Both the position numbers and the translations under genes were made by a program. A DNA stretch of 63,273 nucleotides, filler included, from Octopus bimaculoides (taxonomy: Eukaryota), in the NCBI RefSeq assembly GCF_001194135.2. It is 6 parts of 6 records of this genome, joined end to end, with 100 filler letters (N's around TTAATTAATTAA, not from the genome) between each part and the next. Parts side by side here need not be neighbours in the genome. Positions count along the whole stretch, not along the records: positions 21,100 to 38,884 come from NC_068985.1; positions 38,985 to 52,660 come from NC_068983.1; 4 more parts are not named here. The stretch is one strand, 5' to 3'. Every line of letters begins with the position of its first letter. The first letter of the stretch is position 1. The notes beneath the pieces were generated by a model. The model did no database searches, was not told the DNA's origin, and saw only the letters and a list, made by a program, of their open reading frames with translations. Of this stretch, positions 35,880-47,990 are shown one piece after another.

Positions 35880-37572
35880 ATCATCAGCACATCTTTGACT
35901 TACTCTATATGGAAGACAGACTTTCGGTTCCCTTCGTCGTCTTCGCAGTCTAAAAGACTACGTTACATGCGTATTCGCTGCCTACGCTACGCCAACAAAA
36001 CAGTTCTGTGAAGCACATGTGGCCAGCCAGCGCCTTCTCTCCCCCTCTCGTTCCATTCAACTCTTTCCCTCTCTCTCTCTCTCTCTCTCTCAGCATCCTC
36101 TCACTTTCACTCCTATCTTTCTCTAATTCCGACTGCTAGCTCTTGCATTCTCTCTCTCTCTCTCTCTTACCACTTCTATAACTACCAAAACCTCTTAGAT
36201 TTCTCTGCTAGTCAATCCTCGATTCACATCGTTACATTACATACCTATCTTAATGTTTTTTTTGTTTTTTTTTTTCGTCTTTCTTTCTCTTTTTGGTCTC
36301 CTCCCCTTCATGCCTCCTCTCTTTATCAGACAACGCGACGCTCTTCTTTCTCGCATCAAATTCTTCAAACCTCCCCACCATTCTTCTTCCTCACACCCCA
36401 ATTTCTCTCTCTCTCTCTCTCTCTCTGTTTACGCCTATTATAGATCCGTCGTTCACTCCTTCTCTAACTCTAAGTATCTCGTCCCCGCCGCCGCCACCGC
36501 CGCCGCCCTCATCGTTCTGATGTTCAGTGGAGGTGGAAGAAGGACAACCGCGCTTCTTTCTCCAGTGTTAGTTACATTCATTTTTACTAGAGCCACGCAC
36601 GCACGCGTTTTAATATCACAGCGGACCGATTCCCTCCCACCTCTCTCTCCCTCTCTCTCTCCTCTGCCATTTCTCTCTTCTGTCTCCCTTTCTCTCTCTC
36701 TTTTTTACTCTCTCTCTCTTACTCTCTCTCGCTCTCTGTCTCCTACATCTCACCGCGGCGGATTTTGTGCAAGCTTTGTTACTACTATGTTCCGACGTCG
36801 AAAGAAAAATTCGGATCGAATTTCGTAGAAGCAACAGAGGGGTAGTAGAGCAACGAGGGAGGGGGCGTGATGTGCCGCTCGGAAAATGACTAACGACTGA
36901 TTTTTGTTTGTTAATGGTATTAATAATTATTAGGACCAGTAACCTAAATATTATTCCCTCTCACACAACAACAACAACATCAAAATAGAAAAGAAAAAAA
37001 AATAACAACAATCACAACAATAACAACAACCACCACCACCACCACCATCGCCACCGTCACCACGAAACACCGTCGCCACCCGTTTGTTCACCCATTGTCC
37101 AAAACCACCCAGGAGGATATTTTACAGGACATTAGCGGAGTATTTTCCCCCCCACAAAATTACATCTTATTCTTTATCATGTGTGTCTTCAACACCCGAA
37201 ACCACCAGGAATAATTCTTCTTCTTCTTCTTCTTCTTCCTTTTCTTCTTCTTCTTCTTCTTGTGTTCTTCAAGTCTTTTTTTTTTTTAATTTATTATTTT
37301 TTTTCCTTTGTTGTCCTCACCTTTTTTTTGTTTTGTTTTGTTTTGTTTGTTTTGTTTTTTCTCTCTGATTCAATATTTTTTATATTGTTTCAAGAATCCC
37401 ACCCTTTGTCTTCTCTGTGGACCCCTCGACTCATTTACCACTTTCCCCTCTTTCTTTCCTTTTATTCTTCTTGTTACTGTCTCTATTTTGCTACACAACA
37501 CACTAGCCTTACTATAAGTACAAGTTGCTGGTGGTCACTGGTGTTGGCGAGACGGTGGGGTGCCTGAAGGAA
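35880..37572 (+). promoter_or_regulatory. Putative promoter/5'UTR region of the signal-peptide gene
   Basis: Unique CpG-containing blocks between (CT)n, (GCC)n, (CAA)n and (TCT)n tracts, no recognisable SINEs, directly upstream of the signal-peptide exon. Confidence 0.35.
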
Positions 37573-37621
37573 ATGCCGTTCCTATACCTTTTCTGTTTCC
37601 TCTGCTGGGCAGCTATGCAAG
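37573..37621 (+). CDS. Probable first coding exon (signal peptide MPFLYLFCFLCWAAMQ-G) of a secreted or cell-surface protein; remaining exons not identified in the window
   Basis: ATG with purine at -3, hydrophobic core FLYLFCFLCW, ends CAA G|GTAAGA (near-consensus donor, phase 1). Preceded by a CpG-richer, CT/GCC-repeat-rich region resembling a 5'UTR. Confidence 0.55.
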
Positions 37622-38059
37622 GTAAGAGGCTATTGCTGTTATATATATATTCATATATACACATATTTATATATACATATTCATATATATATATGTATCG
37701 ATGTTTTTACCTTCTTCTTTCAGCCTCATTCTAAGCCATTATTCACGAATCATGAAAAAAATATATATACACAGATAAAAAAAAAAATGACAACATAAAC
37801 ACAAACACAAAACATTGCTGTTAAATGTCTCGATTTAAGACCCGATCTCTCGAGTCGAGTCCTTCATGCCTCTCTCAATGCCAGACAAAAGTAACCACTG
37901 GCGCTGTCGTTACCACCATTCTTGGCCCGGGTGTCCATTCCAAGATACCCCGGTGCGTTGACAGTACGTTGTTGTTCGATCTTCTAAGAGCAGCAGTTAA
38001 ACCTCCCCTCCGTTTTGCCCCCTAAAGGTCACATTTGATAACGTGGTCCTGGGCTCTTT

Positions 38060-38640
38060 GCGCGTCGGGTAAAAGCTGGGATGATCACGGTTGGAATGCT
38101 CATAGGTTTGCTCCAATTAGGGCTGATCTGGCACTGAACAAGAGCAACAACCAACCCAGGTGTCCTATACCCGAAACAACCCAAATTCCTCGCCATTGTT
38201 TCCACCCATGTGCGAGAAGTACCCATGCTCATCACCCACTTGATTTGCTAGAAATAACAGCCAAATCACGTTCATATCGCACCCAGCTTTAAAATGAAAG
38301 AACACGTTGAATTATGTATTAGTTACAAAGTCTGACAAAATCATCTACAGAATGGTCACGGTTGGACCGTCTTTAATCTAAAGTTTGTTTGGCAGGGTAG
38401 ATTTGGAACAAAACAATCACATTCGCTTCGAGCCAACGAGGGCGTCTTTATGCGATCTCTTAAACTGCTAGAAAGAACAGCAAAATACCCCTCGTTAAAA
38501 AAATTGTTTTGACAATATAGTCCTTTATTATATAAAAACACGAGATGGTCACGACTGGTACGCCTCTGACTACAGCTCTGCTTAATGAGAGGCAAACCTA
38601 GGACAAACCCAAAACGACAACAACAGCATTCTCTGTTGTT
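38060..38640 (+). repeat. Cluster of the same ancient repeat (2-3 copies)
   Basis: GCTAGAAA at 38247 and 38467; GATGATCACGGTTGGA / ATGGTCACG motifs. Confidence 0.55.
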
Positions 38641-38845
38641 TCTACAGCTCCCCATTCTAGTTACCTTATACCTGAAGCTACCCAAGTTGCACTCCCCACC
38701 CGAGCTGTGAGAAACAATTCACATTCACGGAAATTCTCATTTCTTTTATTTCATAATTGCTTTTCTTTCTATCAAATATTTTCAATGTTTTTTTGAAAAA
38801 TGATTTTTTTAAAAATTGTGTATGCTCTTCATAAGAATTCAAAAC

Positions 38846-38884
<39 letters not shown>

Positions 38885-38984
38885 NNNNNNNNNNNNNNNN
38901 NNNNNNNNNNNNNNNNNNNNNNNNNNNNTTAATTAATTAANNNNNNNNNNNNNNNNNNNNNNNNNNNNNNNNNNNNNNNNNNNN

Positions 38985-39019
<35 letters not shown>

Positions 39020-39020
<1 letters not shown>

Positions 39021-39333
39021 GTATATATGAGCTTTCGGAGCGGTCATGAGGTAGTGAGTTCGATACCCTGACCGGGATGCGCGTTGTGTTCTTGAGCAAG
39101 ACACTTTATTTCATGTTGCTCCAGTTCACTCAGCTGTAGATATGAGTCGTGACGTCACCGGTGCCCAACTGCATCGGCTTTTGCTTTTCCCTTGAATAAC
39201 GTCAGTGGCATGGACAGGGGAGGCTGGTATGCATGGGTGACTGCATGGAAGGATGGTATGTATAGGCGACTTGTGCCTCGGAGGGTAACTTTCTAGGTGC
39301 AATCCCATGGTCATTCATGCGAGAAGAAGACCT
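39020..39333 (+). mobile_element. SINE with CORE-like centre and a third, distinct tail
   Basis: GAGTTCGATACC B-box, TGTGTTCTTGAGCAAGACACTTTATTTCATGTTGCTCCAG, then a tail unrelated to families A or B. Confidence 0.7.
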
Positions 39334-39490
39334 TATATATATATATATATATATAATGTATGTATGTAAAAACGTGACAAAGGGTACTCAATAGATAAAG
39401 TAGAATTTACCTATTATTCATTCCCTTGCTACTCATCTGTGCGTGTGTATTATACAATCACTTTTCTCTCTCTTTCTATCTCTCAAACGT

Positions 39491-39873
39491 GGAGGTGCAA
39501 TGGCCCAGTGGTTAGGGCAGCAGACTCGCAGTCATAGGATCGCGGTTTCGATTCCCAGACCAGGCGTTGTGAGTGTTTATTGAGCGGAAACACCTAAAGC
39601 TCCACGAGGCTCCGGCAGGGAATGGTGGCGAACCCTGCTGTACTCTTTCACCACAACTTTCTCTCACTCTTACTTCCTGTTTCTGTTGTGCCTGTAATTC
39701 AAAGGGTCAGCCTTGTCACACTCTGTGTCACGCTGAATATCCCCGAGAATTACGTTAAGGGTACACGTGTCTGTGGAGTGCTCAGCCACTTGCACGTTAA
39801 TTTCACGAGCAGGCTGCTCCGTTGATCGGATCAACTGGAACCCTCGACGTCGTAAGCGATGGAGTGCCAACAA
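39491..39873 (+). mobile_element. Full-length SINE family B (about 380 bp, CAA tail)
   Basis: Pol III A/B boxes, shared body, ends GGAGTGCCAACAA. Confidence 0.9.
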
Positions 39874-40068
39874 CGAGAATCTCTCAAACACACACACACA
39901 CACATACTCACTTTGTGCTGTGACTCCTCCAGAACCGTCCGTTTAAGAGGGCACCCCATCTCACATAAGCACATACACGTGTTCCTTGCAATGTCCTATG
40001 CCACCACTCCTTTCAATTTTAACAACTCTCCAAAAATACCAACACTCTGTTGTTTTATTCCTCTCAGC

Positions 40069-40370
40069 CCATGCTGGAGCACTGCCCATCGGTGTTGCTT
40101 CACCATTGTTCCTCGCTTAATCGTTCAGCTTTTAGTGAATGATGGAGTTTTGATGCTGCTCCCCTCATCTGCGTTTGCTGCAGTGAAGTTGGTTCATCTG
40201 GGACACGTGACAGTTGGAGATCCAGTTCCGGTTTGAAGACATTGGCATTCATTTCATGAAGATCTCTCAAGGATATTGAAAAGCTGTGGGCCCTTGAATC
40301 TCCAAGCTACTGCAATATTTTTTCCTGTGTTTTGAGGGCGTCTTATGATGTGAATATCGTAAGGAAAGAT
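40069..40370 (-). mobile_element. CR1/L2-group LINE 3' end (ORF2 C-terminus plus 3'UTR), frameshifted
   Basis: Minus-strand pieces TPSKHRKKYCSSL / FKGPQLFNIL / RDLHEMNANVFKPELDLQLSRVPDEPTSLQQTQMRGAAS match the recalled GPxLFNxLP...FKxxLDxFLxxVPDEP C-terminus of CR1/L2-type RTs. Confidence 0.75.
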
Positions 40371-40393
40371 TTAAATAGATCGATCGAACGGTC

Positions 40394-40467
<74 letters not shown>

Positions 40468-40676
40468 GACAGACAGACAGGCAGACAGATAGATAGACAG
40501 GTAGACACAGATAGATGGACAGACAGACAGACAGACACGACGAGCTTCCACATATTTTCCGTTAACGAAATTCAGTCCCAAGTCCTGAGGGAATTGTAGA
40601 AGTCACCTGCCCGAGTGTCGCACAGTGGGACTCTACCTGGATCTATATTGTTGGAATGCAAGCTTCTTAGTTATAT

Positions 40677-40728
<52 letters not shown>

Positions 40729-40730
40729 CT

Positions 40731-40774
<44 letters not shown>

Positions 40775-40794
40775 ATAACGTCATAGCTGTCACA

Positions 40795-41435
40795 GGCTGG
40801 ACGGTTTGACCCGAGCTAGTAAGGCCAGGATCCGCATCAGACTCCATTGTTTGTTCTGGAATAGTTTCTACCTCTGAATGGTTTTTATGAAGCCAACACC
40901 ATCACCATCATCACTTAACGTCTGTTTTCCTGGCATGGGCTAAACGGTTTAACCGGAGCTGGTAAGGCCAGGGTCCGCATCAGACTCCATTGTTTGTTCT
41001 GGAATAGTTTCTACCTCTGAATAGTTTTTATGAAGCCAACACCATCACCATCATCACTTAACGTCCGTTTTCCTGGCATGGGCTAAACGGTTTAACCGGA
41101 GCTGGTAAGGCCAGGGTCCATCGTCCGGGGCTGGCAATGCCACGTGTGGTTTCTACAGCTGAATGCCCTTCCTGACGCCAACCACTCCACAGAGTGCAGT
41201 GAGTGCTTTTTATGTGGCCAATATCCTCATCCTCAGCATCATACAGCTATTTTCCATTCTGACACAGGTTGGACGGTTTGACCGGAGCTGATAAGGCCAG
41301 AGGGCGCACTAGTTTTTATTGTCTGTTCTAGGCATGGTTTCTACAGCTGGATGCCCTTCCTAACGCCAACCACTCCACAGAGTGCAGTGGGTGCTTTTTA
41401 TGTGGCCAATATCCTCATCATCAGCATCATACAGG
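40795..41435 (-). repeat. Tandemly duplicated tail segments of a SINE-like repeat: a 143-bp unit x2.1, then a roughly 187-bp duplication
   Basis: GAGCT(A/G)GTAAGGCCAGG at 40813, 40956 and 41099 (period 143); GTTTCTACAGCTG.ATGCCCTTCCT.ACGCCAACC twice. Confidence 0.8.
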
Positions 41436-41673
41436 TGGTGGTGGTGGTGGTGGTGGTGGTGGTTTCCATGATACCGAAGTGTGAGTGAGCAGTTTTCTGG
41501 TGTTAGTCCCACACGTGCCACCCTATTGTTGTACAATTCAATTTGTTGTGTAGAGGTATCAGGAGAATGTTGCTCTTTCATCGTTAATTCAAACCCTGTT
41601 CTCTGTCATCATAAACCAAACACATTCCTATGCAGATAACGATATAGCATCTCATTCTACTCATCTATATAAA

Positions 41674-41741
<68 letters not shown>

Positions 41742-41939
41742 TACATGCACTGTCAAACAGTTGGAAGCTTCCAGCCACACTGACTTTGTTTCCTCATAAC
41801 TTTCTGAAGATTGTCTATATTTTAAATCAAATTTTTGCAAAGTTGAACGCCACTTTGCACGAAACTCACGGCCCTTGAGTCACTGTGTAACTCCTCCCTA
41901 TTATTAATAAATATGAGTTCGTATATGCATATATATAGA

Positions 41940-42328
41940 TTGCCATATACATACATACATACATACATACATACATGCATACATACATACATACACACAC
42001 ATACACATACATACATACATACATGCAAACATACATACATACATACATACATACATACATGCATGCATACATACATACATANNNNNNNNNNACATACATA
42101 CATACATACATACATGCATGCATACATACATACATACACACACACATACACACATGCATACACACATGCATACATACATGCATACATGCATACATACATA
42201 CATACATACATACATACATACATACATACATTTGAGTGTGATGTAATGCACACATAAAATAGTTACTGGAAATAGAAATGATGGATGGATGAATGGATGG
42301 ATGGACGGATGGATGGATGGATGAACGA

Positions 42329-42369
<41 letters not shown>

Positions 42370-42370
42370 T
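41940..42370. repeat. (TACA)n, (GATG)n, (TG)n tracts
   Basis: Direct reading. Confidence 0.95.
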
Positions 42371-42906
42371 TTGTGTAAGTCAAGTTGTGACCGTGTACGA
42401 TCACTTCTTGCAAGGTATTAAAGTTTTCAAATCTTACCATGGAAACCAACAAAGAGAAGACAACTGCCAACTACAGGGTTGCTAACTAACTGTAGACTTA
42501 CAAGCTTTGTGTGGCGCACCACCAATCCTAGGGCCTTCCTGATTTACAGGTGAGCATTGTTATTCCTTTGAAAGAGCTGACTTTTACTCAAAGTGCTGCC
42601 GAATGTCTCTATCACCATAGTTTGGAAAAGAAGCGACCAATATACCTAACTGCTTACGTACAATCTCGTTTTGCTGCTACATACATCAAGCTGGTCAAGC
42701 CGCTACTCCCCATCATTGCAGGGCTTTTGTTCCATCATTTGCTTTCCAAGAATTTCCTAAGCGTCAAATTGACGAAGCGTTCTTTCCAATAAGTTCCTCA
42801 TCGTGCACAGAACTGCCCAAACTTTTCAGACAGATCAGCTCTGTCCCCCGATTCCCTAGCATCGACTGGAAATAAATCCGAAGCTGAATAATCCACAAAG
42901 TATCAA

Positions 42907-43227
42907 CAGTGGTGCATATGACTCCTTAATGCCCATATAAGATTTGGTGGGGATCGAGGGGTCCACACAAGCCAAATAGCAAATTGGATCCGCAGTAGTA
43001 TTTTATGGGTCCGTGTAAAAACTGTGTTGTAAATGTATTTATTGCTAGCAACAGATAGCATTCTTTCTATTTTAGCCATCACAAGAGGATGTGTGAAAGA
43101 CAAAATAAGAATTTTGTTTGAAATATCTATAAAACTAATTTCTAAACAATGAATTTCTACTGGGGTCCGCCAGAATAGAATGATAATCAAAGGGGTCCAT
43201 TGATGAAAAAATGGTTGAGAACCACTG
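42907..43227. mobile_element. Degenerate hAT-type MITE
   Basis: Right end GGTTGAGAACCACTG (Charlie-type CAGTGGTTCTCAA); left end CAGTGGTGC degenerate; internal GGGTCC repeats. Confidence 0.5.
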
Positions 43228-43641
43228 TCTTAGACAGAGTACAGATAAGTACTAAGGGCCGGCCCGACATCACTTCCGGTGGTCTAACGACGCTTTCATT
43301 CGCCATTGCCATTATTGTCGTATATATCAATCATTGTGCAAGTGATACATCGTCGTTGACCCTGAGTTGGGTCCATGTGTCTTTTGTTTTTGTTCCTCTG
43401 GGTTTCTGGTAACCCTCCTCACAAGGCAAGCCAGGTGGAGGAACCGGTGTACTCATCGACGACCGACCATGTAGCGTTCACGTGGTTTTTTTTATTCAGT
43501 CCCACTGCGTGACATTTAGGGGAAATGTTTGCTACTACAGGCTCAGGTCAACCAGTACAGTGTGAGTAAATTCGTGAGATATAAACTATGTAATTCCGTC
43601 CTTTATAGGTATGTTTGTGCGCAGACGCGTGTGGTATTCTG

Positions 43642-43680
<39 letters not shown>

Positions 43681-43731
43681 TTGTCTGTGTGTGTGTACAC
43701 CAAGTTATTAGTCTCGTAATGTTTAAGCGAT

Positions 43732-43782
<51 letters not shown>

Positions 43783-43789
43783 TATATAC

Positions 43790-44208
43790 TCTTTTACTTG
43801 TTTCAGTCATTTGACTGCGGTCATGCTGGAGCACCGCCTTTTAGTCGAGCAAATCGACCCCAGGACTTATTCTATCGGTCTCTTTTGCCGAACCGCTAAT
43901 TTACGGGGACGTAAACACACCACCATCGGTTGTCAAGCGATGCTGGGAGGACAAACACTGACACACAAACATAAACATAAACACACACNNNNNNNNNNNN
44001 NNNNNNNNNNNNNNNNNNNNNNNNNNNNNNNNNNNNNNATATATACGACGGGCTTCTTTCAGTTTCCGCCTACCAAATCCACTCACAAGGCTTTTGTCGG
44101 CCCGAGGCTATAGTAGAAGAGACTTGCCCAAGGTGCCATGCAGTGGGAATGAACCCGGAACCATGTGGCTGGTAAGCAAGTTACTTACCACACAGCCACT
44201 CCTACGCC
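43790..44208 (-). mobile_element. SINE family A, young copy with a gap in its internal microsatellite
   Basis: Well-preserved head and tail; N gap 43989-44038 at the internal repeat. Confidence 0.9.
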
Positions 44209-44734
44209 TATATATATATGTATGCATGTATACACACAAGAGTTAAGGAATGGAGTCGATAAGATCCGGGCGACATAAGATTCATAGCGACCGGGACCTC
44301 GGAAGTGGTAAATATCCAAGCGAGGTGCATACTGCAGGCTACTCTTCAGGTGAGGGTATCTTGATTAAATGAAATGGTACATTGTTGCAAGGAGGTACAT
44401 GTTAACACATGGAAGATTCAATCAGAATGTGTAGAGAGCAGAGCTAGAGTGGAGAATATAAATGTAGAGAGAAATTAGGAATAAAAGAAGGAAAATAGAA
44501 AGAAAAAAAAACATAAGCGGGGAGAAAAATTAGGAATATAAGCAACGTCATTTGACCGGTAGTATTCAATAAGGCTATTTTGCCCGAATCACAGAAATAA
44601 GCAAGGGGAGTGGTATTTGAGACGCTGATGAAACTATAAGGTGCACGAGTTCACCACATCTTACAGTGAAAATAGCGGTAAGCTAACGAAATTCATAAGA
44701 TAATCGTTTATTTCTTCATCATCTTTTTTTCTTG

Positions 44735-44804
<70 letters not shown>

Positions 44805-44815
44805 NNNNNNNNNNG

Positions 44816-44906
<91 letters not shown>

Positions 44907-45234
44907 ATCAGAAAAGAGATGACAAAGGAATGACATAGCCTGTTGACTGTGTTTACTGGTGTGAAGATGCAGTCTTTTGTGTCACATGCGTTACATAACG
45001 AATCGATAAATTGATCTCGATAAGAACGAAGTATAAGGCTGGAATAAGTACAGTGATCGATATTACCATTCAGAACACTTGAAGGCAAGGCTCCAGCTTG
45101 GTCGCTGTCCATATACTAAAGCCAGTAAAATCATGAATCGGGGAGTGAGTACACTTGTGTAGACTTACCTGCGAGGCCTGGCTATTCACACGCGCGCGCA
45201 CATGCATGCATGAATGCATACATACATATACACA

Positions 45235-45614
45235 TTGTTGTTGGCACTCCGTCGCTTACGACGACGAGGGTTCCAGTTGATCCGATCAACGGAACAGCCT
45301 GCTCGTGAAATTAACGTGCAAGTGGCTGAGCACTCCACAGACACGTGTACCCTTAACGTAGTTCTCGAGGGATATTCAGCGTGACACAGAGTGCGACAAG
45401 CCTGACCCTTTGAATTACAGGTACAACAGAAACAGGAAGAAAGAGTGAGAGAAGGTTGTGGTGGAAGAGTACAGCAGGGTTCGCCACCATCCCCTGCCGG
45501 AGCCTCGTGGAGCTTTAGGTGTTTTCGCTCAATAAACACTCACAACGCCCGGTCTGGGAATCGAAACCGCGATCCTATTGACCGCTGCCCTAACCACTGG
45601 GCCATTGCGCCTCC
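45235..45614 (-). mobile_element. Full-length SINE family B, inverted relative to 39491
   Basis: Reverse complement about 95% identical by eye to 39491-39873. Confidence 0.9.
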
Positions 45615-45975
45615 ACATACATACATACATACATACATACATACATACATACATGCATATACACATACATACATTCATCCAAATATGCGAAACAAACGGA
45701 AGTAGTACTCAATACATTTAGTTGGAGTTATATTTACAAACAGATTTACTCGGTTCTCAGCCCCGCATTACTCTTTTTCGTAGGTGCAAATACCTACCTT
45801 CAGCCCCACAAAATACTGTGTCAGAGTACATTCTATATATACATACAAAAAATATACATAGAGATTCCTATTATTAGAAATGTATATCCCTCGTTTTACA
45901 CGATTTCGCTTTGCACTTATCGACTCAATCTACCGTGTAAAGCTAGACACAACCCTGTGTATGTGTGTGTGTACA

Positions 45976-46007
<32 letters not shown>

Positions 46008-46039
46008 TAAGGCTACATATCCTGTTTCCTGTCTCACTC

Positions 46040-46510
46040 AGCTTCTCTCTCTCTTACTCTTCTCTCTCTCTCTCTCTCCCTCCCACTCACGCACACACAC
46101 ACACACGCGCACACACAAACACAGACTCACTCTCTGTCTCTCTCACACACACACACATTTTCTCTCTCACACAGGCACACACACACTCATAAAAACACTC
46201 ACACACACACTCATACACACACACTCACACACACTCATACACACACTCACACACACTCATACACACACACACTCATACAAACATTCACACACACACTCGT
46301 ACAAACACTCACACACACTCTCATACACACACACACTCACACACACACTCATACAAACACTCACACACACACTCATACAAACACTCACACACACACTCAT
46401 ACACACACACTCACACACACACTCATACACACACACTCACACACACTCATACACACACACACACTCTCTCTCCCTCCATCTCTCGCACACACACACTCTC
46501 TCTCTCTTTC
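46040..46510. repeat. (CA)n-derived minisatellite with recurrent ACACACACTCAT units
   Basis: Direct reading. Confidence 0.9.
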
Positions 46511-46704
46511 TGATCAATACCTGATGTCATCTCAGACTCGGTGTAGATGAGATACCCGATCTACTAACATCTTCCCTCGACATCTTCCTCTTCGGGTAGG
46601 TACCCGTATGTGTATGTGTATACTGGCATACCCGACTCCTCCAGTTCTCTTCTCTATATTCAGCAATATCCAATCTCTTGCGAGTATATTTAGATATATG
46701 GTCG

Positions 46705-46751
<47 letters not shown>

Positions 46752-46930
46752 TCTCTCTTTCTCTCTCTCTCACACACACTTATCTCCCTCTCTCTTTCTC
46801 TCTCTCTCTCTCTCATTCATCTCCCTCTCTCTATTTCTCCCGCCCTCCCACTTCCTTCCTTTCACCTCTGCTTACCGAAACTGGATTTCTTTCATGCGTA
46901 TGACTATATATATGTGTGCGTGTGTGTCTG

Positions 46931-46965
<35 letters not shown>

Positions 46966-47369
46966 ATGCTAACTCACGTGCAAGGGTGCATTACNNNNNN
47001 NNNNNNNNNNNNNNNNNNNNNNNNNNNNNNNNNNNNNNNNNNNNNNNNNNNNNNNNNNNNNNNNNNNNNNNNNNNNNNNNNNNNNNNNNNNNNNNNNNNN
47101 NNNNNNNNNNNNNNNNNNNNNNNNNNNNNNNNNNNNNNNNNNNNNNNNNNNNNNNNNNNNNNNNNNNNNNNNNNNNNNNNNNNNNNNNNNNNNNNNNNNN
47201 NNNNNNNNNNNNNNNNNNNNNNNNNNNNNNNNNNNNNNNNNNNNNNNNNNNNNNNNNNNNNNNNNNNNNNNNNNNNNNNNNNNNNNNNNNNNNNNNNNNN
47301 NNNNNNNNNNNNNNNNNNNNNNNNNNNNNNNNNNNNNNNNNNNNNNNNNNNNNNNNNNNNNNNNNNNNN

Positions 47370-47415
<46 letters not shown>

Positions 47416-47502
47416 TTACATGTGCTATACATACTGTATATACTGAGTAATGCATACATGTGCAACTACGTGCACATACACAGACACACGCGCACACGTA
47501 CG

Positions 47503-47533
<31 letters not shown>

Positions 47534-47639
47534 TCATATGTATATAACCATATATACTGACGAGAAACCCTGTTCCAACAAAGAGGGGTGAGCAAAAGAA
47601 TGATGTCTGCGTGGGTATGTGTGCATGAGCACATATCCA

Positions 47640-47990
47640 CTGTAGGTTTTAATGAAGGAAAGAGATAAAGAATTTAATACCATAACAGTGAGTAATATTT
47701 TATTTGCGATGATGCGGCGAATGGTCTCTTACTCTGGAGATTTCCTATGCCTGAACCAGTTCTTCCCTTTCACAAGAATTGACCACACGTTAAGGAAACC
47801 CCAGAGAAACAAGCTACAGGGTTAGGCTAAATAAATAAATATATGAAGCAGATATATCCGTCTCTTATGTGTGTACGTACGTGTGTGCGTGTCTATGCTA
47901 TTGCCTGAAGAAGGAAGCCAGGTACATCTTCTCTGGTGAGTTTTCAACCAGCCGCGAAACGGTCCGTCAGGAGACACCTATCTTTTCTTT
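47640..47990 (+). mobile_element. Possible decayed Penelope-like 3' end
   Basis: FFPFTRIDHTLRK...RLNK weakly resembles a GIY-YIG C-terminus, followed by CTGAAGA (47905) ... CGAAACGGTC (47955). Confidence 0.3.

Noticed and set aside
42548-42880. Frame of about 110 codons with one stop (GEHCYSF...) after a possible acceptor, as exon 2 of the signal-peptide gene
   Set aside because: In-frame stop without a good donor before it, no recognisable domain, and such a frame is expected by chance somewhere in 63 kb.
45155-45185. Perfect minus-strand donor CAG|GTAAGT, also resembling the U1 snRNA 5' end on the plus strand
   Set aside because: Isolated 9-mer with no credible exon and no U1 body.
2441-45614. 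tRNA genes at the A/B-box sites (2441, 24078, 39491, 45614)
   Set aside because: No complete acceptor stem; each continues into a shared SINE body.
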